From NCBI GenBank assembly GCA_046154225.1, contig JBJXEM010000006.1, positions 46,124 through 110,123 of the forward strand: a stretch of 64,000 bases of DNA, given 5' to 3'. Shown in pieces: positions 36,199 through 45,571 of this stretch. A model generated the notes under the pieces. The model searched no databases, had not been told where the DNA came from, and saw only the letters and a list, made by a program, of their open reading frames with translations. Made by a program: the position numbers and the translations under genes. This DNA is from Rickettsiales bacterium. Its GTDB lineage: Bacteria; Pseudomonadota; Alphaproteobacteria; Rickettsiales; UBA3002. Numbering within the stretch: the stretch's first letter is position 1; every line of letters starts with the position of its first letter.

Positions 36199-36730
36199 CT
36201 TTCTCGTCGTTCGCGGCTTTGGTTTCTTCGCTGGGGGCATCTTCTTCAAAGGCGGCCATGGAGGGTTTTTCGGAGCCGTTTTTGCCGGTGACGGGGCACG
36301 CGACGGGTTCTTCGGCATTGCCGTTTGAAGCCGTGGATTTTGCGCCGTTGTTTGTGTCGCTCGCGCCTGCCGGTTTTTTGCCGTGGAATTGCAGGCCGAA
36401 TTTAATGCTGGGGTCGGCGAACGCCGTGAGTGCATCGAACGGCACCACCAGTTTTTCCGGGATGTTGTTGAAGCTGAGCATGATGGAAAACTGCGTGTCG
36501 GTAATTTTCAAATCCCAAAACTGGTGCTGCACCACGATGGTGATTTCCTCGGGGTAGCGCGCCTTTAACTGCGGCGAAATGCTGACGCCCGGGAAGTTGG
36601 TTTGAAACGAAATGAAGAAATGATGCTCGCCCGGCAGTCCGAATTTGTCGATATGCACTAACGCCTGGCGCACCACGCCGCGCATCGCCGAGTCGATCAT
36701 GCCGGGATAATCTATTGTTTCTTGGCTCAT
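36167..36730 (-). CDS. sspB: ClpXP adaptor SspB (alphaproteobacterial type)
   Basis: SspB fold region (GLPGEHHFFISFQTNFPGVSISPQLKARYPEEITIVVQHQFWDL...VVPFDALTAFADPS), an acidic/Ser-rich linker and a basic C-terminal tail ISLEAFRKR. Confidence 0.78.
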   Translation of the reverse strand: MSQETIDYPGMIDSAMRGVVRQALVHIDKFGLPGEHHFFISFQTNFPGVSISPQLKARYPEEITIVVQHQFWDLKITDTQFSIMLSFNNIPEKLVVPFDALTAFADPSIKFGLQFHGKKPAGASDTNNGAKSTASNGNAEEPVACPVTGKNGSEKPSMAAFEEDAPSEETKAANDEKVISLEAFRKR

Positions 36731-36750
36731 GGGCTTCTTATACAGTGGTT

Positions 36751-36774
36751 AGAGTCGAGAGTCGAGAGTCGAGT
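36751..36774. repeat. tandem heptamer array (AGAGTCG x3) between ssrA and sspB
   Basis: AGAGTCGAGAGTCGAGAGTCGAG read directly from the sequence. Confidence 0.85.
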
Positions 36775-36784
36775 GAAATTAACT

Positions 36785-37260
36785 AAAGTGTTTCAAGTGC
36801 CACCCGGGAGGCGACCGCCGACCCGCGAAAAATCATCCTACGCTAAAGCTACGGACGACGCTCCTTCGCCTAAGGCCGCCTTCGACCGGCGTAAGCCGTC
36901 CGAAGCCGGAGGCGAAGGGCGGTGGGGGGATTCTGTTGCCCAGCTCCCCCCGGGCTGCGTTTACGAGCTAGAGCTCGTCAAGCCACACTAAGCGGCGAGA
37001 CGGGCTGCTACGACGTTGTTGTCGTTAGCTGCAACGAGTGCTACGTTGTCGTTGGCACTTGAAAAGTGATCCGATTATGGGAGATCACCCCAAGCAAAAG
37101 CAGCGCCTTTATTGCGGTTGTCGATGCTAATTCACCCCCACAAAGCCACCGCGTTGCGGTGGCTTTGTGGAGGTGCCGGGCTCTGCCCCCGGGTCCAATC
37201 CGACTATTCCACGATACGTTTATTGCTATAGCCACTTGCGTGACAGTTCTAAATATAAGG
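36785..37260 (-). ncRNA. ssrA: tmRNA (ssrA), circularly permuted two-piece gene: acceptor piece - spacer hairpin - coding piece
   Basis: On the minus strand, ...GGAC-CCGGG-GGCAGAG-CCCGG-CACCUCC-A ends at 37168. A 27-nt hairpin follows at 37141-37167. GGGGGUGAAUUAGCAUCGAC starts at 37139. GGGGGUG pairs with CACCUCC and gives a G3:U pair. The tag frame 37056-36988 reads ANDNVALVAANDNNVVAARLAA*. The outer ends are approximate. Confidence 0.8.
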
Positions 37261-37382
37261 CAAAACGGCCGCGGGTTCAAGCCGCAACTGCGGTCAAAAA
37301 TCGACAATCCGACACGCAACCTTCACGCAACCGTCATCAAACTGTCACATCTGTTTGGTAGGGTGAAGGCTAGGAGAAACCC

Positions 37383-39869
37383 ATGGTCACTAAACCAGCT
37401 ACTACTATCCCACTAACGGACGCAGCACGTTATGCTTCGGCACTGGCCCAGTTGGGGCGTCCGCTTAGCCAAACGGAAGTGGCGCTGTTGAACCCGCAAA
37501 CCGGCAAGCTTGAAGTGGCGGATCTGAACGGGATTGCTTCTGCTCGCTTAGGCCAGTTGCGCACATTGCTACCCGCAGGCTATCAGGAGCAGTCGCGCCA
37601 GATTTCCCAGCTGCTCGAGAATTTCCAATCGACTTCGACCATTGAATTGCCCAATGGCCTAACATGGGAGGCAATCTTCGGTGCGGTTGGGTCTTACGTC
37701 AAAAAACCGGCAGGCGAAGCCTACACGCAGGCAGAAAAATTCATTGACGAGAATAAAGATAAAATCGAATTTTTGCGCGCGGCGGTTTCAGCCGGAACCA
37801 GCCTAAAAAACGGGGCCAGCAATACCGAAGCATTCTTTGCCAGCTGGAACAACGGCGCGAATGCGTCACAGAATTTTTTTGGGATTGGCCGTCAGCTCGA
37901 TATCATTAAATCCACCATCGGTGCGCGCAAGCTAACCAAGGCACAATGCGATGCTGTCGCCGACACAATTGCGCTTGCCACCTACCAGTCGGTGCAAAGT
38001 AACGGCACCGCATCGGCCGCCCTTGCCGTGTCGCCGGGCGACGCAAAGCCTAATTTTATCGATAACGTATGGTCGCTCGGCCAACGGCTGGGATCGCTTT
38101 TGGTGCATGCGCTGCCCGCTGAATGGGGCCAGTATGTACTGCAATGGGCGAACTACGCCTATGGCGGCTTTAAAGATTGGGATGCGGCAGGCGTCGCAGC
38201 GAAACAGGCCTTGGCGAACGAACCGCAGGCCGTAAGTTGGGATACGCTTGCCAAACAAAGTGCGCAAGAACGCGTGCGCAAAGCACAGCTCAGCGCCACC
38301 ACTCAAGGCCGTGCGGATGCGGCGGAAATGCTTGCCGGAGTGTCGTCAGTTGAAGGTGTTACGAATGTACCCGGCATTGCCAAGCTGGTAGCGGAAGGTG
38401 GGCCGTTCCGTGGCGCGCCCGAGAAAGACGCTAACGGCAAAACGGTTCAAAAACTCTACCTCGCACGCTATGTGAATGGCACGTTGCAAAAAGACCCGAT
38501 TCTGGTGACGGGCCCGGATGGGAAACAACGGCAAATGACCGTGGCCGATGAACAGACCCAGGCCAGTGCCAATATGGCGCCTGTGCTCGATCGCGGCGTG
38601 ACCCTCTTGAATTTGGCAAGCTACGCGGGCGGGGCAACGACGGATGCGGCGCTGACCTATGGCGGTGCCGCCCTGGCCATGACGACAGGTTACGGTATGC
38701 AGGAGGGCTTCCTGCGCCAGACACTGGGCGGCCATGCTGCGGCAGGACGTTCCGATCATCTTTATAACGGCAAATTAAAGCTCGGCAGCCAACACGCGTT
38801 GGAAGAAAAAGCCGAAGCCGCGACGAAGCGCGCCGATGCATTGAAAAACGGCGCACGTCGCTGGCCCTGGGAGCGTACGGAAGCGCAATACCGCGAACAG
38901 GCCGATGAGTTCACAAAGAAAGCCGCAAAAATTGAGGTTCGCAGTGACCATCAGCTGAAAGTGGCGATTGAGCGCAACGATCGATTCATCGACCCCAAAA
39001 CGAGCTTCAGCCCACTGAATGCGCACGCTGAAGAGTCACTCATCAAGGGCAGCAGCTGGTTCGAAAAAGCCCGTAGCGCCGTGTGGAATTCGCCGCGCAT
39101 CGTGGGCCGCTGGATGGGCGACGGGGCTGGAAAAGTTACCGATTTCGTAGCGTACCGCTCTGCGCAAGCGGGTCGCTTTGCAGTGGGCCTCGTTGAGAAA
39201 TTACCCGGTGGCGAAAAAGCGACCGAAGCCGTGGCTTGGGGAGTTAGCAAAGTTGCACCAGCACTGGTGCCTGTAGCCGAAGTAGGGGGGCGTCTGGTTG
39301 CGCCGGTTGGGGCTGCCGTTGGCGTGGGTCAGGCCGGCTACGATGTTTACCACGGCGTCAGCACCGGTGAGAAACACCACACCATTAAAGGTGTCGCGAG
39401 CTTCGGTACGATCGGTGCATCGGCCATGGCCGGTTTCTGGATGGGGGCAGGCGGCGGGACGCTCGTGCTGCCTGTAATTGGCACGATTGGCGGCGGTGTG
39501 GTGGGCGCAATTGGCGGCGCAGCGACCGGGGCACTTGCTGCCTGGGGCGGCGGCATGGTCTATGATAAACTTGATGTTGGCTACCAGATGCGTGAAGCGG
39601 AGCGGAACGCACGCACGGCGGAAATGCTGGCCAAGCGTGAGAAGCTGGCGGCCGACCCGGGCATTGCGATTGCCGTGAGCGATGTCGATGCTAAAACCCA
39701 GGCAGCACAGGCGCAGGCAAAATTGGCCGCCGCAAAAGTGCACACCACAGGTCTTGGTTCGATGACCAGCGTTGAAAATTTGATGATGTTAAATCCCGTA
39801 ACATTGCCGTTTGTTGCGGCCTCGAAAATGGCGGCGGGCATCACATCTTTCTTCACCGGAAAAGCCTAA
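37383..39869 (+). CDS. hypothetical protein, 828 aa, with C-terminal glycine-zipper membrane-insertion-like region
   Basis: ATG is preceded by TAGGAGA. No signal peptide. Residues around 640-720 form Gly/Ala-rich hydrophobic helices (GASAMAGFWMGAGGGTLVLPVIGTIGGGVVGAIGGAATGALAAWGGG). Confidence 0.6.
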   Translation: MVTKPATTIPLTDAARYASALAQLGRPLSQTEVALLNPQTGKLEVADLNGIASARLGQLRTLLPAGYQEQSRQISQLLENFQSTSTIELPNGLTWEAIFGAVGSYVKKPAGEAYTQAEKFIDENKDKIEFLRAAVSAGTSLKNGASNTEAFFASWNNGANASQNFFGIGRQLDIIKSTIGARKLTKAQCDAVADTIALATYQSVQSNGTASAALAVSPGDAKPNFIDNVWSLGQRLGSLLVHALPAEWGQYVLQWANYAYGGFKDWDAAGVAAKQALANEPQAVSWDTLAKQSAQERVRKAQLSATTQGRADAAEMLAGVSSVEGVTNVPGIAKLVAEGGPFRGAPEKDANGKTVQKLYLARYVNGTLQKDPILVTGPDGKQRQMTVADEQTQASANMAPVLDRGVTLLNLASYAGGATTDAALTYGGAALAMTTGYGMQEGFLRQTLGGHAAAGRSDHLYNGKLKLGSQHALEEKAEAATKRADALKNGARRWPWERTEAQYREQADEFTKKAAKIEVRSDHQLKVAIERNDRFIDPKTSFSPLNAHAEESLIKGSSWFEKARSAVWNSPRIVGRWMGDGAGKVTDFVAYRSAQAGRFAVGLVEKLPGGEKATEAVAWGVSKVAPALVPVAEVGGRLVAPVGAAVGVGQAGYDVYHGVSTGEKHHTIKGVASFGTIGASAMAGFWMGAGGGTLVLPVIGTIGGGVVGAIGGAATGALAAWGGGMVYDKLDVGYQMREAERNARTAEMLAKREKLAADPGIAIAVSDVDAKTQAAQAQAKLAAAKVHTTGLGSMTSVENLMMLNPVTLPFVAASKMAAGITSFFTGKA

Positions 39870-39959
39870 GCGCATATATTTCTCTGCGAATAACTTACCC
39901 TTTCGCGTTGGCAGGGCGCTGCGCTGTTGCTACGGTCTTTGCATAACCGGGGGCAAATA

Positions 39960-40895
39960 ATGGCGACAGCGGCAGCGATGAAAACCGAGCAAGACATTCC
40001 AAACAGCGAAACCCAGCCCACGAAACGGGCGACCAGCCCGGCGCTTGAGGAAATTCTCTACGACGCCATCCCCGTGCTCGACCACGGCTTCATCCGGGTG
40101 GTGGACTATATGGGCGACGACGCCGCAATTGTGCAGGCGGCGCGCGTGAGCTATGGCCGCGGCACCAAGCAGGTGAGCCAGGACAAAGGCCTCATCAACT
40201 ACCTGATGCGCCACTGGCACAGCACCCCGTTTGAAATGTGCGAAATCAAATTCCACGTGAAATTGCCGATTTTCGTGGCACGCCAATGGATTCGCCACCG
40301 CACCGCCAACGTGAACGAATATTCGGCGCGCTACAGTATTATGGACAAGGAATTTTACATTCCCGAACCCAGCCAGCTCAGCCCGCAATCAAAGAAAAAC
40401 CATCAGGGCCGCGGCACCGATACGCTTAGCCCCGCCGAGTCGGCGCGAGTGCTGGAAATTCTGAAGGGCGACTCCGAGCAGGTGTACGGCCATTACATGG
40501 AACTGATGGGGCAGGAAGACGAAACCCTCGCCTTCGACAACGACCGCCAGGGCATCGCTCGCGAGCTGGCGCGGATGAATTTAACGCTGAATTATTACAC
40601 CCAGTGGTACTGGAAAATCGACCTGCATAACCTGATGCATTTTCTCATGCTGCGCGCCGACCCGCACGCGCAATATGAAATCCGCGTGTATGCCGACGCG
40701 ATGCTCGACGTGGTGAAAAAATGGGTGCCGTTCGCCTACGAAGCGTTCGAAGAACACCGCCTACACGGCGTGCGTTTTTCGCGCTCGGGCGTTGGGGTGC
40801 TCAAGCGCATGCTGGCCGGTGAAACGGTTAGCCAAGAAACTTCCGGCCTTACCAAACGCGAGTGGGACGAGTTTCAGGCGGTATTGGCGAAGTAA
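39960..40895 (+). CDS. thyX: FAD-dependent thymidylate synthase ThyX
   Basis: ThyX motif [14 protein letters not shown]. 311 aa from ATG 39960. Confidence 0.88.
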   Translation: MATAAAMKTEQDIPNSETQPTKRATSPALEEILYDAIPVLDHGFIRVVDYMGDDAAIVQAARVSYGRGTKQVSQDKGLINYLMRHWHSTPFEMCEIKFHVKLPIFVARQWIRHRTANVNEYSARYSIMDKEFYIPEPSQLSPQSKKNHQGRGTDTLSPAESARVLEILKGDSEQVYGHYMELMGQEDETLAFDNDRQGIARELARMNLTLNYYTQWYWKIDLHNLMHFLMLRADPHAQYEIRVYADAMLDVVKKWVPFAYEAFEEHRLHGVRFSRSGVGVLKRMLAGETVSQETSGLTKREWDEFQAVLAK

Positions 40896-41680
40896 TTGGC
40901 AATGTCTATAAAGATTGCTGCACCACTCGCCACAGCATTTTTTGCAATATAATTCTCTCCCGCATCGGCGGCGCGGCCCATGTCGGGGTCGAGGGGGAGT
41001 TGGGCGAGAAGTTTGGTGTGGTGGCGCGCCGCCAATTCGGCCCCGCCGCCGCTGCCGAACGGCGTGGCGCGCGCGCCGCCGGGGAGTGCGAGGTAGCTCA
41101 TATTTTCAATCACGCCCAAAAGTGGCACCCCCATTTTGGTGAACGCGACGGCGCATTTTTCGGCGTCGATGACGGCCAGTTGCTGCGGCGTGGTGACGAG
41201 CAGCACGCCATCCAGCGGCGCGTTCTGTGCGAGGCTGAGAGTGATGTCGCCAGTGCCGGGCGGCATATCGATGAGTAAAACATCCAGCGGTGCATCCGCC
41301 GTACCCCAGCGCACTTGCCGCAAGAATTGCACCAGCGCTTTCGTGATCATGGGCGCGCGCAGCACGGTCGCCTGATCGCCGGTAATCAGCGCCATCGACA
41401 TCGCACGAATCGCGTGGGCGGTGGGCGGCACCATCAACCCGTCGGCGATTTCGGGCTTGAGGTAGGTGTCGAGCCCGAGCAGACGCGGGATGGAGGGGCC
41501 GTAAATATCGGCATCCAGAATACCCACGCGCTGACCCACGGCAGTGAGCGCATGCGCGAGGTTCGCCGTGACGGTGGATTTACCGACCCCCCCTTTGCCA
41601 CTGGCCACCACAATGATGCGTGCGACATGAGGAAGCAGTCGGTGGTCGATCGTTGGCGGACGGAGTGGTTCTGGTGACAT
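40874..41680 (-). CDS. apbC: Mrp/NBP35/ApbC family iron-sulfur cluster carrier ATPase
   Basis: Deviant Walker [11 protein letters not shown]. ParA/MinD-like fold. 268 aa. Confidence 0.85.
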   Translation of the reverse strand: MSPEPLRPPTIDHRLLPHVARIIVVASGKGGVGKSTVTANLAHALTAVGQRVGILDADIYGPSIPRLLGLDTYLKPEIADGLMVPPTAHAIRAMSMALITGDQATVLRAPMITKALVQFLRQVRWGTADAPLDVLLIDMPPGTGDITLSLAQNAPLDGVLLVTTPQQLAVIDAEKCAVAFTKMGVPLLGVIENMSYLALPGGARATPFGSGGGAELAARHHTKLLAQLPLDPDMGRAADAGENYIAKNAVASGAAIFIDIANYFANTA

Positions 41681-41699
41681 AGGCCTGATGTAGCGTATC

Positions 41700-41778
41700 C
41701 GTCATTCCAGCGAAAGCTGGAATCTATCGGCTTTTAAAAGTTGGATTCCAGCGCGCGCGGAGCTTGGCTGAAATGACG
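41700..41778. repeat. MITE-like palindromic element (GTCATTCCAGCGAAAGCTGGAAT family), right arm degenerated
   Basis: The left arm is identical to the copy at 24789. The right arm GGATTCCAGCGCGCGCGGAGCTTGGCTGAAATGACG is partly decayed. Confidence 0.8.
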
Positions 41779-41848
41779 CACGAGTTGTACTTGATGCGGC
41801 GTGGCAAGCGCTCTATATCAAAACGACAAAAGCAAAACGAGGCATCGC

Positions 41849-43018
41849 ATGGCGGAGATTAAAGGCCCGTGGGGCAAAGGCGGCGGGCGCGGGCCCACAG
41901 GCAGTGGGCCTACGGGTTCAGGCCCTTCGTCGCCATTTGGCGGCGGTAAAAATCCGTTCGAAAAAGCGATGCGCGATGCGCAAGGCAAACTGCGCGACAT
42001 GAAAGGCGGTGGCGGCGAGCAAAAACTGGCCGGAATGATTTTAGCCGTTGTGTTGGGCCTGTGGCTGGTTTCCGGCTTCTACCGCGTGAATCCCGACGAG
42101 CTGGGCGTGGTGCTGCGCTTTGGCAAATATAACCACACCGAAACTTCGGGCCTCAACTACCACCTGCCCTACCCCATCGAGCAGGTGATTATCCCAAGCG
42201 TCACGACGGTGAATAAGGTCGAGATCGGCCACCGCGTGGGCGGGGCGGAAAACCCGAATATCCGGCGTGATAAACTGAAGGCCGTCGCCGTAGATGCAAG
42301 CGTGCCGCAAAACCACGAAGGGCAAATGCTGACGGGGGATCGCAACATCGTCGACATCGATTTCGAAGTGCAGTGGAAAATCGACGCGGCCGCGCCCGAG
42401 AAATTTTTGTTCAGCATGCGCGACCCAGCGGGCAACGTGAAAGCCGTCGCTGAATCGGCCATGCGCGAAGTGATCGGCCGCACCACGCTCGACGATGTGC
42501 TCACCGGCGCGCAAAGCCAGATCGCCGAAGACACCAAAGCCCTGATGCAACAAATGTTCGACGAGTACGATGCGGGCGTGGAAATCATCGCCGTGAACCT
42601 TAGTCGCCCGGACGTGCCAGCACCGGTGATCGACGAATTCCAGGACGTAAAACGCGCCGAGCAGGACAAGCAAACGGCCGAGTCCGTCGCCGAAGGCTAC
42701 CGCAACCAGATTTTACCGCAAGCGCGCGGGGAAGCCGCGAAAATGATTCAGGACGCCGAAGCGTATAAAGCCCAAATCGTGGCCGACGCGCAAGGGAACG
42801 CGTCGCGCTTCAGCCAGATTTACACGCAATATGCACTGGCGAAAGATGTCACTAAGCGCCGCATGTATCTCGAGACGATGGAAACCGTACTGAAAGGCAT
42901 GCCGAAAGTGATTGTGGGTGCGAGCAAAAATGGCGGGCCGTTGCCGGTGTTGCCGTTGCAGCTGCAATCGCCCGCTGCGGCTAAGCCCACCGCCACCACC
43001 ACTACGGGAGGGCAATAG
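41849..43018 (+). CDS. hflK: FtsH protease modulator HflK
   Basis: Gly-rich N-terminus, one TM helix and an SPFH domain. It is immediately followed by hflC. ATG 41849 is preceded by ACGAGG. Confidence 0.85.
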   Translation: MAEIKGPWGKGGGRGPTGSGPTGSGPSSPFGGGKNPFEKAMRDAQGKLRDMKGGGGEQKLAGMILAVVLGLWLVSGFYRVNPDELGVVLRFGKYNHTETSGLNYHLPYPIEQVIIPSVTTVNKVEIGHRVGGAENPNIRRDKLKAVAVDASVPQNHEGQMLTGDRNIVDIDFEVQWKIDAAAPEKFLFSMRDPAGNVKAVAESAMREVIGRTTLDDVLTGAQSQIAEDTKALMQQMFDEYDAGVEIIAVNLSRPDVPAPVIDEFQDVKRAEQDKQTAESVAEGYRNQILPQARGEAAKMIQDAEAYKAQIVADAQGNASRFSQIYTQYALAKDVTKRRMYLETMETVLKGMPKVIVGASKNGGPLPVLPLQLQSPAAAKPTATTTTGGQ

Positions 43019-43019
43019 C

Positions 43020-43925
43020 ATGATGCGCTCATGGATTCCGCTGGCCGTTACCGCAGCCTTATTACTGCTGATTTTAAACACCACGCTGTTCGTTGTGCCG
43101 CAGGCGAGCCAGGCGCTGGTGCTGCAGTTCGGCGAAATTGTGCGAGTGATCGAGCAGCCCGGCCTCAACGCCAAAATTCCGCTGATTCAAAGCGTGGTGC
43201 GTTTCGATAAACGCATTCTGGAATTCGAAGCGCAGCCTGCCGAATTCATCACCCGCAACCGCGCCAACGACGTGGACGAGCGCGTGGTGATTGATGCTTT
43301 CGTGCGCTACCGCATCACCGACCCGGTGCAGTTTTACAAGTCGGTGAAAAACGAATCGAACCTGAATAGCCGCTTAAACAGCATTGTGCTGTCGAGCATG
43401 CGCCGCGTGCTGTCGACCCATTCGCTGGGCGATTTGTTGTCGACGGAGCGCAGCTCCATCATGCAGGAAATCAAGTCGAACGTGAATGCACAGGCGCAGG
43501 GCGTCGAGGTGGAAGCCGGGGCGCGGCTGAAGCAGGGGTTTGGGATTGAAGTGGTGGATTTACGCATCGTGCGCGCCGATTTGCCGAGCGATATTTCGCA
43601 ATCGACCTACGAGCGCATGCGTAAAAACTTCACCAAAGAAGCGCAACGTTTCCGCGCCGAGGGCGACCAGCAGGCGACGGAAACCCGCGCCAGCGCCGAG
43701 CGCGAACGTACCGAGCTGCTGGCGCAAGCCCGCAAAAAAGCCGAGACCACGCGGGGTGAAGGCGATGCAGCCGCCGCTAAAATCTACGCCGACGCGTTTG
43801 GCCGCGACCCCGAGTTTTTCAAATTCTATCGCAGCATGCAGGCCTACCGCAGTACTCTCTCTAAAGACGACACGACGATGGTCTTGACACCGGAGAGTGG
43901 CTTCCTAGATGAGATGAAACCGTAA
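43020..43925 (+). CDS. hflC: FtsH protease modulator HflC
   Basis: N-terminal TM helix plus an SPFH domain. The start is 2 nt after the hflK stop. Confidence 0.85.
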   Translation: MMRSWIPLAVTAALLLLILNTTLFVVPQASQALVLQFGEIVRVIEQPGLNAKIPLIQSVVRFDKRILEFEAQPAEFITRNRANDVDERVVIDAFVRYRITDPVQFYKSVKNESNLNSRLNSIVLSSMRRVLSTHSLGDLLSTERSSIMQEIKSNVNAQAQGVEVEAGARLKQGFGIEVVDLRIVRADLPSDISQSTYERMRKNFTKEAQRFRAEGDQQATETRASAERERTELLAQARKKAETTRGEGDAAAAKIYADAFGRDPEFFKFYRSMQAYRSTLSKDDTTMVLTPESGFLDEMKP

Positions 43926-43985
43926 TGGCGAGGTCTTCTTGCACGTAGGATGAAGCGATTTAATACAGGCTTAAACCTTAAATTT

Positions 43986-44050
43986 GTCATTCCCGCGAAG
44001 GCGGGAATCCACTTTTTTCTTTAGGAGATTCCCGCCTTCGCGGGAATGAC
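43986..44050. repeat. MITE-like palindromic element, 65 bp, GTCATTCCCGCGAAGGCGGGAATCC arms
   Basis: GTCATTCCCGCGAAGGCGGGAATCC ... GATTCCCGCCTTCGCGGGAATGAC. Each arm is a hairpin. Confidence 0.9.
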
Positions 44051-44092
44051 AACATGGATAGGTTGCTGCCAACAGAATAGACAGGGGGAATT

Positions 44093-45562
44093 ATGCTGCG
44101 CCGTTTTTTTGCGATTGCTGTCACTTGGTCATGCGTCTCGTTATTACCTCTAGCAGCGTTGGCAGCCCCACCGGAATCCTTCGCACCGATCATCGAACCC
44201 TTGATGCCTGCGGTCGTGAACATCTCGACCACGCAAAAAGTAGCGCCACAGCAAACCATGCCCATGTTCGATTTCGACGGGCTGCCCGACACGCCGCAAA
44301 CCCGCCAGTTCAAGCAGCTGTTCAAGCAGTTCGGCCAAGGGGGCGGCCAGCAGGCGCCAGCGCGCGAAGTCACGTCGCTCGGCTCAGGTTTCGTGATTGC
44401 GGCGGAAGGCTATGTCGTCACCAATAACCATGTGGTTGGCAACGCCGATAAAATCACCGTGATTTTTCACGACGACACGCGTTTAGCCGCCACCATCGTG
44501 GGCCGCGACCCGAAAACCGACCTCGCGTTGCTGAAGGTAAAAACCGATAAAAAACTGCCCTTCGTCAGCTTCGGCGATTCCGATGCCATGCATATCGGTG
44601 ACTGGGTGATTGCGGTGGGCAACCCGTTCGGCCTTGGCGGCTCGGTGAGTGCGGGCATCGTGAGTGCGCGTGGGCGCAACATCAATGCCGGGCCGTTCGA
44701 CGATTTCATCCAGACCGACGCGGCCATCAATCGTGGCAATTCCGGTGGGCCGCTGTTCAACGCCAAAGGCGAAGTGATTGGCATCAACTCGGCCATTTTC
44801 TCGCCCACAGGCGGCAATGTCGGCATCGGATTCGCGGTGCCAAGCGCCATGGCGAAAAGCGTGGTCGAACAATTACGCCAGTTCGGCACGATTCATCGCG
44901 GTTGGCTGGGTGTGAAAATCCAGCACGTGACCGATGAAATCGCGAATTCGCTAGGCTTTGGCAAACCGCGCGGCGCGCTGGTGATAGAAATCAGCAAAGG
45001 CAGCCCGGCCATTGGTTCGGGCCTGCAGCCGGGCGACATTGTCGTCGCCTTCGATGGCCGCGCGATCGACGAAATGCGCCAGTTGCCGCGCTATGTGGCC
45101 GACACCAAAGCGGGCAAGAAAGTGGAACTCACCGTGTGGCGTAAAGGCAAAACGGTGGCCATTCCGCTAACGGTGGGCGAACTGCCGGCCGACAAGGACA
45201 ACCCCGATACGAATGATGGCAGCGGCGACGATACGCCCAAAGGCAAAACGGGCGCAATCACCCCGCAAAAAGACACGCTGGGCCTTGCCATCAGCCCGCT
45301 CACGCCTGCCACGCGTCAACAGTTCGAGGTCGATGCATCAATCAAATCCGGCGCGCTGGTGGTCGATCTCGACCCCGCAGGCGAAGGCGCAAAACGCGGC
45401 CTGCAGCCGGGCGATGTGGTGCTGGATATCAACCAGCAGGGAGTCGCAAGCGCGGCTGACGTAAAAAAAGCCCTCGCCGAAGCCCAAAAATCCGGCCACG
45501 ATTATGCGCTGCTGCACATCGCCCGCGGTGGCGATACGGTGTTCGTGACGGTGGCGTTGTAA
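44093..45562 (+). CDS. degP: periplasmic serine endoprotease DegP/HtrA family with two PDZ domains
   Basis: Signal peptide, trypsin-like core (TNNHV, GNSGGPL) and two PDZ-like C-terminal repeats. Confidence 0.88.
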   Translation: MLRRFFAIAVTWSCVSLLPLAALAAPPESFAPIIEPLMPAVVNISTTQKVAPQQTMPMFDFDGLPDTPQTRQFKQLFKQFGQGGGQQAPAREVTSLGSGFVIAAEGYVVTNNHVVGNADKITVIFHDDTRLAATIVGRDPKTDLALLKVKTDKKLPFVSFGDSDAMHIGDWVIAVGNPFGLGGSVSAGIVSARGRNINAGPFDDFIQTDAAINRGNSGGPLFNAKGEVIGINSAIFSPTGGNVGIGFAVPSAMAKSVVEQLRQFGTIHRGWLGVKIQHVTDEIANSLGFGKPRGALVIEISKGSPAIGSGLQPGDIVVAFDGRAIDEMRQLPRYVADTKAGKKVELTVWRKGKTVAIPLTVGELPADKDNPDTNDGSGDDTPKGKTGAITPQKDTLGLAISPLTPATRQQFEVDASIKSGALVVDLDPAGEGAKRGLQPGDVVLDINQQGVASAADVKKALAEAQKSGHDYALLHIARGGDTVFVTVAL

Positions 45563-45571
45563 TAAAACGGG

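Noticed and set aside
37268-37290. T-arm-like GCGGGTTCAAGCCGC on the plus strand just upstream of ssrA, which suggested a tRNA or a plus-strand tRNA-like domain.
   Set aside because: No acceptor-stem partner, anticodon arm or D-arm can be built around it. The flanking CAGTT/AACTG pairing only gives a simple hairpin.
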